This document shows, piece after piece, positions 11,557-21,043 of a DNA stretch of 64,000 nt. The translations under genes and the position numbers were made by a program. Source of the DNA: Chlorokybus atmophyticus (lineage: Eukaryota; Plantae; Mesostigma and Chlorokybus algae); the NCBI GenBank assembly GCA_009103225.1, contig RHPI01000810.1, forward strand, positions 1,558,190-1,622,189, read 5' to 3'. A model generated the notes under the pieces. It saw only the letters and a list, made by a program, of their open reading frames with translations. It did not search any database and was not told the origin of the DNA. How positions within the stretch are numbered: the first letter of the stretch is position 1; each line of letters begins with the position of its first letter.

Positions 11557-13352
11557 AGGGATGACGGCTGCGCATACTGCCAAGAAGGCTCTGGTTTGCT
11601 CAGTATGCCATGCATACACTGTCACCAACGGACAGGGCTCTAGAATGATCAGGCATCAAGGTGAATGCGCAAAGTATCGTGATCTCTATGCCTTTACCGC
11701 TGCATGCCGGCATCACCAAGTTGCCAGGCTTCACATCATCGATTGCCGAGCAAAGCACAAGTGCACTGTGCCAGAGTTTTACAAACAACAGTGCACTTGC
11801 CTCGAATGCTAATGTGCTCCATTCGAGTGGCATGGTGCCCCCATGCAATGCATGCCGTATGCACGACAAGGCACTATCACGAGTGGTCAGGCGGTCCATC
11901 TGATGTCGGTGAGCTTACTTCCGTGTGGTAGTCACTCAAATAGTCATGCGTAGCAGCTCTTCATCGACCACGCTGTCTGATTAGTCTTAACGCGCTCAAT
12001 ACGGCCGAGGCGACGCTGCGCAGCAGACCGTGGCTGCCAACATTCGTGCTTGCAATGACCAGCACAAGTTACACGTGCCACCCTGCAACGTGCACCTAGC
12101 ATGTTGACATGTGCATACAAGAGCGCGCAGACCTTCCATCTGAACGAACAATGGTGCACTGCAGACCGATGCACCAAGACATACACAGCTGGACAATTGT
12201 GTTAACGGTGCATGGCAGAAGGAGCAGCATTGGTTGGATGCGCAGTGATGGTGTATTGGCCAGCTGACAAGTGCTGGTACAAGGGGCAGTTCTATGCACA
12301 CAACAAAAGCCTAGGTAAGACCATTTGAAGTGTTACTTGATGGCAGTTGCATTATATCACACAGCAGAGCACTCATGGTGTCCCCTCCTATTGTAGGCAG
12401 GCACATTGTGAGATTTGTAGATGGAAACATCCAGCACTTGGTGATTGACAAGCACAACGTGGTGGTAGTCCACAGCGACATTGGAGACACTATGTGTATA
12501 CGCGTAGGTGGCAGCCGTGTGGCAACCAATCGCAAAATGGAACTTCCACTAGCCACAGCGTGCTTGTGGAGGCACTCAACGCCACTGCTGGTAACGCACT
12601 GTGCGCGACGTTCAGATGGACAACCACATCGCCCCAAAGTGTTGGACTTGTGTTGTGGTGGTGGTGGCGCAGGCATGGGACTACATCGTGCTGGCTTTGA
12701 TGTTACAGGACTTGACATCATGGACCAACCCGAATACCCTTTTCCATTCATCAAGGGGGATGCGACGCATTCAGACCTGGCACACTATGACATCATTTGG
12801 GCTAGCCCCCCGTGCCAGGCATTTGCACGCTGCATACCAGAGCAGCAGCGTAGGCAACACTCCAGCTATTGAAACCATAGTACACTACTGCACGACCTGC
12901 GGGCAAGGCTGCTTTTAAGTGGCAAACATTTTGTCAACTAGAACATCCTTGACGCGTCGCATCACCTGAATCACAACATGGCGTTGTGTGGGACCATGTT
13001 TGGTCTCTCCACCTTCAGGCACCGATTGTTTGAGACGTCCCCATCACTGGCTGTTGACCTCCACTACGGCCACGCCGCAAAGCACATAGGAAACCTGTCT
13101 GGACGCCGCAACACCGGCAAGGTGGGTGTGTCGCAGTCGCACACAGTAATGAGGAAACAGATGTATTGTGTGTATGGGCAAGCAGCATCAAGAGGTTACG
13201 TGAGTGGGTGGAGCATGGCTTTCGGCATTGCCTGGATTGAAGACGAGTATACGCTCGTGGAGTGCATACCACCGGCTTATTCGGAGTATGTAGGCGGGCA
13301 ATTGTTGGCTGCACTGGGTTACGTAGTTAGCAATGAGCCGGTGTCCTGGTAG
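11557..13352 (+). pseudogene. Spliced Tudor-domain / C5-cytosine DNA methyltransferase fusion pseudogene with upstream Cys/His clusters
   Basis: Tudor half LVGCAVMVYWPADKCWYKGQF (12230-12314) is joined by a GT-AG intron (12315-12396) to RHIVRFVDGNIQHLVID. MTase motifs: I VLDLCCGGGGAG, IV WASPPCQ, VI FVN*NI, then LCGTMFGL, FRHRLFE and IPPAYSEYVGGQLL. In-frame stops at 12870 and 12939. Confidence 0.8.
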
Positions 13353-13761
13353 TGACAACAGTGCTTAGTGCATACAGGTGAAAAACGTGTCTGTCAGTTG
13401 CACGAGTGTATTGCATCCACCAGGACTCATCTGTATCCGAATACACGAGGCATTCATGCCACTGCAACCTCATTCACAACGGGGCTGTCGGTAACACATA
13501 AAATCTGCAATGCGCAGCACATTGTATCCTGCTGCCAAGTCACATGTGATCACATACATATTACAATTTTGTTGCTTACAAGCTGAGTGCACTAGAGCAC
13601 AGCAGAACACAGCAGCACAATACAGCATATGCTCGCATTTTATGCTCAATGCCCACACAGAATTCGCTAGGAACCCTTGTCCACGGGAGCATCTTCTGAA
13701 GGCAAACATACTAACAATCAAACAATGCGCAAATGGGACTTGCCCTCCCCCCCCCCAATGA

Positions 13762-14013
13762 GTTGCAAACCTTTATTTTTGGAGGTCGACCCTAGCAATC
13801 GCGCAAGCTATTCTGCATTATGTGCGCAACTCATTGGTGTATCAGCGCTGCAGACCCCGCGGCAGCAGCAGCGGCGGCGGCGGCGGTGGTGGTGGAGCAG
13901 TCGTGGGCGTCAGCGACTTGGGAGGCGATTGGGTTAGTAGCCGTCGGAGTTGAGAGCGTGGTCTCAGGTAACAACAGCATTAGTCTCAAGGAGGCTAGGA
14001 CACACGCAGTGGG
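13762..14013 (-). repeat. Right arm of the 252-bp inverted repeat
   Basis: Reverse complement of 11242-11493; its outer end abuts an N at 14014. Confidence 0.95.
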
Positions 14014-16845
14014 NGGCAGGGCTTCCCATTGCTCCGACCCAGTCGACGCTAGCTGCAGGCACGGCCTCATCCACCAGCATTCATATCATGAGCACCTGCA
14101 GAACACATGCACATGACATCACATCATATGCATACACATACACAGCACCGTCACGCTCCACCACTGCCTGCCAGTGCATCACACATGCATGCAGACTGGC
14201 CAGTAAACAAGTGTGCCAATTAAACATCACCTAGTGGAGGGTGAAGCCTGTTGCCAATAAGCGATTTCACATGCACACAACTACCACCGGACTACGACCC
14301 CAAACATTGTACACACCTGGTCCTGCCGGCACGATGGGATGCCAGCCATCGCCCTCAATATGTGGAGGAGGATGAGGTAGGCCAGGGTTGTCATCATAAC
14401 CATCGTCACCTCCCATCCACGGATGAAAACTCCACTGACCGACCTCAAACGGCAACCACTCCGTGTCATGCCACTGCTCAATCCAGTGACGCCGGCGACC
14501 AGGATCCGCATCACACTGAGTACCAATCACCCAGCGCGCAAGTAACGCGCTGCCTACTTCATGCTCCACTACTAAGAGGTCACTTCCCAAACGCTGTGGG
14601 AAGCAAGCCCTTGCCGAACACGATGCAAGCTGAATCTGACAAACCAACCCCCCCCGGGCAACTCAATATGAAGCTCCCTCACACCTGGTGCAGATCCCAC
14701 TTGCGATCCAGCTACATGCACCGGCCAACCAATTGACACCCAACAAGTGTCAACAACCACACATTCATCTGCGACAACATACAATCACCATCACAATAGA
14801 CCAACAATGGCATTCATTTGCTCGTAGTTAGTCTGATAGAAAGACTGACTGCGCCTGATGTATGGCAGTGAGGCGCTCAGCGAGAAGATAATGCCGTCGA
14901 GGCCTGCGCCGCTAGCGCCTACATGCCCCGCGATCGACTCACCGCCCACGTCGCCCGCGATCCCGCCGCCGTCCACATTAAACCCCGCACCAACCACACC
15001 AACAGCAACCACCAGCATACGAGCAAATGGCGCCAATTCAACATGGCACAGATGCCGAAAAGCGGTAAGATGGACATAAACGACTCTACCGCCCAATAGC
15101 CCACTAACTACGTCAACCGCCGTCTACTCGCAAACAATAAACGGCGGTCGCACTGATAACAGCGCTGTCAAACCCTGACACAACAGCGTAGCACACCCCA
15201 TTGCCGACATCTGAGCACGCTCACTCGATACTGATCTAGCACAGTTAATGTGAGTACATCGCCTTCGCAAAGCGCATTTCGTACAATCACATCAACGTCG
15301 CTAGTCGCAGTTCAGCGCAGCATTATATAAGTCACCACACGCTACTTGACGCACTAAATACGCCGCTCACGCCGCACTCAGCGCTGAACGGGCCGGCATA
15401 AGCTTTGGCCATCAAAAGAACCATTGGCGATCGGATTGTATGGTCGATTTGTGGTTAACTGTATGTACCTTCCCGTTACACACCACCTGCAGCGCAACGC
15501 ATCCGGGAGAGGGAGCGGTCAGCCTGGGAGGTCTTCCAATACATCAGCAAGCATAATGACTATTACGACGCGAAACAATTGCTTGGCCCCCGCTGTTGCC
15601 ATCATGATGCCGTTGCCATAAATTAATATTGATATGCAGCACCTAGTCTACCAGCCATTTGCCTTGTCCACATTATGAGCTTCACTTTGAGTTTGCTTGT
15701 TTAGCAACTCTATTGTTGGTTTTGCATACGCACAGCATAAACTATATGCAACCAACCACATGCACTTGCATACTGCGTACACGACCACATGGCTTAACCT
15801 ACCCTCTACCCCAACTCCCACTTCCCCCCGTGTTAGTCATGCATGCACAGCAGTCCATTTACCTGCACCGCGGCTGTTGTGTTTGTTTGTAGCATGTTAA
15901 TTGAAATGTGTTTGCAAGCATGACCGCATACATGGAATGCGCGCAATTGTTAGGTCATCACATCATCTCTATAGTAGTGTCAAAGTACACATGCATTATG
16001 CGGATAGGCATGGTGCAGCACGGGCAGCAAACATATACGTGTGCATTATTACAGAGGTTGCGCATCGTTGCATGTATGTAAAAATTGAGGCACCTAAATT
16101 ACAAGCACATTTCAGGCAATGATTAACAACAAACACAACAACAATGACCAACATATACGCGCTAATCGAAGCTTAACCACCAAAGCTTAAACACTAAGCT
16201 AAATGGGCTAGCTATATGTAGGATAAGCGCTAGGATGTTATGTATACCCACACCTGTTGTTCATGTCTGCCCCAACATTTGCTGCCCCGCTGCTTGATGC
16301 CCCGCTCCCTCGCATTCACTCCGCTGATGCCCTTAGCTACAAGCACATAGCCAAGCATGCCCTTGCCAATGCCCTAATAGTTCGCTTCTGCCCACCTTGC
16401 ATGTGAGTACACTCGCATCAGAACCACCGGAAAGCCTATGTGTAGTTGTGTAATGTTATACACATAGATACTAGCACAAGCCAGTCTCATGTATACCAAT
16501 GGGTCATCTCGTCGTGAACTATCACGCGATGCGCGACAATGTTGCTGGTGTCATGCAAGAGGCGGGCTGCACGACATCTTGCAAGCATACATTTGTATAA
16601 GATAAGCGCGTGACTGTGTCTCAAGTTTTAGGGTGCCACCCTCGACACTAGCGACCTTGGCAGTCATTGAGCGCCAAGATGGTTATATGGATATTGATGA
16701 GCTGGACGGGTAGAGGTTCGCACATGCTGCTTGACATTATAGGCAACAGGCCACTACCTAGCTGATAAGCTGGATGATGTTGCTGAGCAAGGATGAGATT
16801 CGCACGTGTTGCTTATGATCATATGCAACTACTACTCTACCACCC

Positions 16846-17155
16846 GCCGGCAGACGAGTTTGTCCCACTGGCGGCCGAGACCCACGGGTCGCTCGTGGGA
16901 GCGTTCAACGCGCTCATCGCGAGGTGCGCCAAACAGGCGGTGTACCAGCGTGGCCTGGCGCTGGGGCGTTTGAGCGGCTTTATAGCCATGTACCGGCAAC
17001 GGGTGGCGTGCGCGCTGCAGCGAGCGCAGGGTCTGGCGCTGCTGGAGCGCGGGGCAGCAGCGGTGGCAGCGGTCCCGGGCTGGGCGCCGCTGCAGACGGT
17101 GCCCGCAACGACGCAGGAGGACGCTGTCCTCGCTGGCGCTTCGTGTAGGATCTAG
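16846..17155 (+). mobile_element. 3' end of a restriction-like-endonuclease (RLE; CRE/Zepp-like) non-LTR retrotransposon ORF
   Basis: FVPLAAETHGSL...YRQRVACALQRAQ matches the FxPxAxETxGxL...RQRxSxALQRxN C-terminus of RLE elements. The segment is sharply GC/CpG-rich compared with its flanks. Confidence 0.7.
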
Positions 17156-18039
17156 TACTTTGCATGTGTACGTGCGCTAGCGCACTGGCGTAAATGTGCG
17201 TGTTGTTGGTTAGACATGGCCATGTTCCTGGACCTTTGCCTGTGTCTTTTGAAAATGTGCCAGTAGTGTTTGTGTGGTTGACTCTAGCTGAATTAGCTGC
17301 ATGGTGTGATAAGCGCGACAAGCATTGCACTATTACAACCACTTCCTAACAGACATGAGGTGCGGTACTTCATGCACCCAAGCTACCTTGCGGCAAGCAA
17401 AACACATGCATGCAATGATATGCTAGCATGCCTGTGCTTCACGGGTTGGTTAACATTGGTTAGCTGCTGCCTTCTCTTGCTGCTCGACACTTGCATTGCA
17501 CATGAGGCAATTAGTGTGGTGTAGGATAGGTGGTGAAGGCCCCAGAGGTAATAATTGTGTTGATGTTGGTGGTTGGTGGTTGTGCTTGCGTGCTTGTCAC
17601 TTGCAAATGAGCATGTTTGTGGAATGACTACGATGCATACCCTATGCGTAGCTGCCTACCCAATACACATAGGAAGACTTGTTACAGCAGGGGGTATAAC
17701 CGTGGCTTAGCCTATCCTATCCTCAAGACATGCTGAATAAAAGTTTATTGCCAATGAAATCATGTGGTTGGATGGCACGGCCATTGACAAACTTGTTCGC
17801 CACTTGCGTGCGCCGAGCGAATGCCTATAAGCTGGAAACGCGGTGTGTAGCGCGCTTTGTCATTGGGTAAGCACTTCTATGTCGCACCTTCCAGAACTTG
17901 CAGGCCATCGCCATCATATCCATGGCAATGTGCATTGCTGCGGCAGCAACGCACAGTGGTGCTAAATGATTGTGCATATCATTGTAATTGAATGTATCAA
18001 AGAAACACGCATTCCACTGCACAGAATAGTGATACTCTA

Positions 18040-21000
18040 TCATTTATTCAGAGTTGAATCAGAGACACTGTGCACTGGCTCTGAAACCTCCGTATCTGTG
18101 CCTCGTGTTGTGTCTGTGCCTCCAGGCTCCTCGTCCTCAGCCACATCCCCAAACCCGTACTCCTCTTCAACTCGTTCTATAAGCGCATCTACATCAACAC
18201 CTCGCGTAGCGAGCTCTTCACTGAGAGCAGCGACCTTGGCACCCTCCTGACCAAGAGCAACCAGCAAGTCATCAAACTCAGCCGCGCTGGTCGCAGCCTC
18301 CTCCTTTGCCTTCTCCTCCAAAGCCCTCGCAAGCTGCTGTTTGCAGTCTTCCAGCTCTTGCAAGACACTCGACAACCGTGCGCTTGACTCTGTGGCAGAG
18401 GCCTCGGCAGCTGCCAACAGTGCAGCGAGCCGGTCTTTCTCGTTTGTTGCTGTGTCTGCTCTGGCCTTCTCCTCGATGACTGCTTCAGTTGCCGCTGCCA
18501 ACCGCGCTGTCTGCTCCTCCAGCGTGGCCGTGGCAACCCACTGCCATCCTTCATAACTTTGAGCGTTCTGGTCATAAGATTGAGAGGCATCCCACACTTG
18601 GGACAGCGAGGCATCCCACGCCGGGTTTTGATAGCCGTACCAAGACTGTTGCATGTTGGGATCCACCGTGCCATCCGCCGTCACCCACTGGTTGGTGGCC
18701 TCATCCCACACGACGTTTTGCGGGTAATGGTGTGCGCCAGAACTGTCTGGCGAAGTCCACTGAGCGGCCGCATCACCATCGGCCATGGGAGACGCGTTGG
18801 ACTGCCCTGCCCAAGCGGACGCATCCGAGTATGTTGGGGATGCCTCGTGGTCTCCCACATAGTGTTGGCCCTGTACAGACTGCTGCCAGTCCGGTGAGGC
18901 CCCGGCCATAGCTGAAGCACTGGTCAAATTTTGCAAATCTTCAGACACAGTTGACTGCAGTGGCGTGACGTGTTGTTGTTGGGATCCGCTTTCCTCTTCT
19001 TGTTGCTGCCTATCATGTTGGGATGCGCTCGCTGCCGTTGCATCGACATCATCCTTGGCCATGTCTACAACAGACGTCTCCGGCATGTCTCCAGTAGGCT
19101 CTGCAAATTCCTCTTCTGCATCCTCCACCGGCGGCTGCGTGACTGCAACGTGAGGGTCGACCTCTGCGTGTGATGTTGGCTGCCGAGAGTCAGTGTGCTT
19201 TGCGTCCCGCGAAGGAGACGTTGGCTGGCTGGGATTTGGCGACGCCGGAGGTGTTGGGACAAAGAAGGCCACTTTGCCATTGGGACTGGAAAAAGAGAAG
19301 GAGTTGGAACGAGGAGGGACGGGTGATAAGGGCTTCGTTGCATTTGGGGCTGTGCTGGCAGAGTCGGTGCTTGCGTTGGAGGCTGTGGAGAGGTAGCCCG
19401 GGTCCACGTAGCGGTTGCGCACGTTGCCTCGGTCTCGAAAGGACGGCTTGGCCGGGGTCGGGACTGGCGGTCGGCCATTGATGGAAGACTCTGATCCTAT
19501 TCGGCGTATGCGTCCTGCAGCCGATGCATCCGAGTCGCTCGCACCATCGCCAACATCTGGCATCGGTGAGGCCGGGGCGCTGCCATCAGCTTTGCCATCC
19601 GGGGCTGGCGGCGTTGGAGTCCCCGGCCGCGATGACAGCGGGGTTGCCGACTGAGACTTGGGCGGAGGTGGCAATGGCTCAGGTGCCGCATCATCATCTG
19701 CCCCTCGTTCCCTCCACCGCTTTTGCTGTTATGCATGCAAATTTGTCACACATGCGCATATTTGAAAAACAACCCACAGCCACGCACACGCGCCCTGTTC
19801 AGGACACAATCTGTCCATGCTGACAGTGCAAGTTCCTTGATGGGCTGGCATACAACTACAAACACCAGCAGCATACCTCAGCATCAAAATAGAAGCGATT
19901 CTCTTCACCAAGCTTGGCCTTGACTGGCTGCTGTCTGTCTCCTCTCTGTCAACATGGTCACCTTTTGTCAATACTAATTATGCAACAATCTGTTGACAAC
20001 CTGATGGGCACTTGATGGATGATGTATTAGCAAAAGCCGCAACAAACGTACACCAGTACTGACTGGCAGATTTGCGACACATTGCACATGCGCACTGGTC
20101 CTCGCATGCATTGCTCACAAAACAAACTAATAGTGACTTCAAACACCATGGCCAACTTGACCAGACAAACGACTACTTGCAAGCCAACAAAAGGTCGAGG
20201 GTTGAGACCGAGTATGCTATGATAGTAAAGAGATTGTTGCAGCATCCGTAGGCGCATGTTCGCTAACCAACTCAACTCTATCCATAACTAGTAGACTACG
20301 AGAAAAGTACAACACACAAACGACTGAAACCATGCTTGACAAAAGTGTGTCTAGGTGCTACGACTGAGTATGGTCATGATATCACGTTTAATCTCCCATC
20401 TTTTGCCCGATGATTGCACTATGATTCCCATGCTGCGTTAACAATGTGAGATTGACTCACTGCAAAGTACATAAGAGAAGCTGGACTGAACAGCTGCCAA
20501 GCACCATGGCTTCTCAGTCCATGCTGAATATGACTCAGCTCGTCCGTCTGTGTCCACAAGCCAAAGACATGCGGAATGCGTACAATGCATGACCAGTAGC
20601 TATTGCCCTGTTAACAGCTGCAGTGGTTACGCGTTGGTTCTATCAACCCAATGTTCCTTGACAGGAAGCGATGCGATAACACAACGAAGCAACCCACTGG
20701 TTGGCAGCTGCTGCGGTATCAACATGCAACCAACTGCGCCTTGCCTTTGAGTCAGACACGGCATACTCTATACTGCTTTCAGTAATGCTAGCTAACGGGA
20801 GTGAGTGTGGTGCAAAACTTAACGGCAGCTTAAGCTGGGAATGCCATGAACGACCTCAAGCCATCAACATCCATTGTTACAATGAAATGCATGGCAAGCC
20901 CCGGCGAGAGATCCACGTACCCTTAGCCAACCGAGAAGTCCACTGCCCTTCTTTGTTGCGTCCCCTGCAGGCGACGCTGCCGCCGACGCCGGCCCAGCAG

Positions 21001-21043
21001 CAGAGGGGCTGTCCGGGGCGGGAGCATCCTTCTTCTCCGGCAT
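18040..21043 (-). CDS. Protein with SEC16 C-terminal motifs and a Uso1/p115 (GC6)-like C-terminal coiled coil, ~625 aa, 3 exons
   Basis: Exons 21043-20921, 19945-19877 and 19725-18040 splice in frame at GT-AG sites. They give KKGSGLLGWLR|RGDRQQPVKAKLGEENRFYFDAE|QKRWRERG...LPPPP, then RGNVRNRYVD, AFFVPTPP, and a terminal EFDDLLVALGQEGAKVAAL...GVDVDALIE. Confidence 0.75.

Noticed and set aside
12312-12396. RPFEVLLDG as the second half of the Tudor domain via a frameshift
   Set aside because: A clean GT-AG intron gives a better in-frame match (GRHIVRFVDG), so this stretch is treated as intronic.
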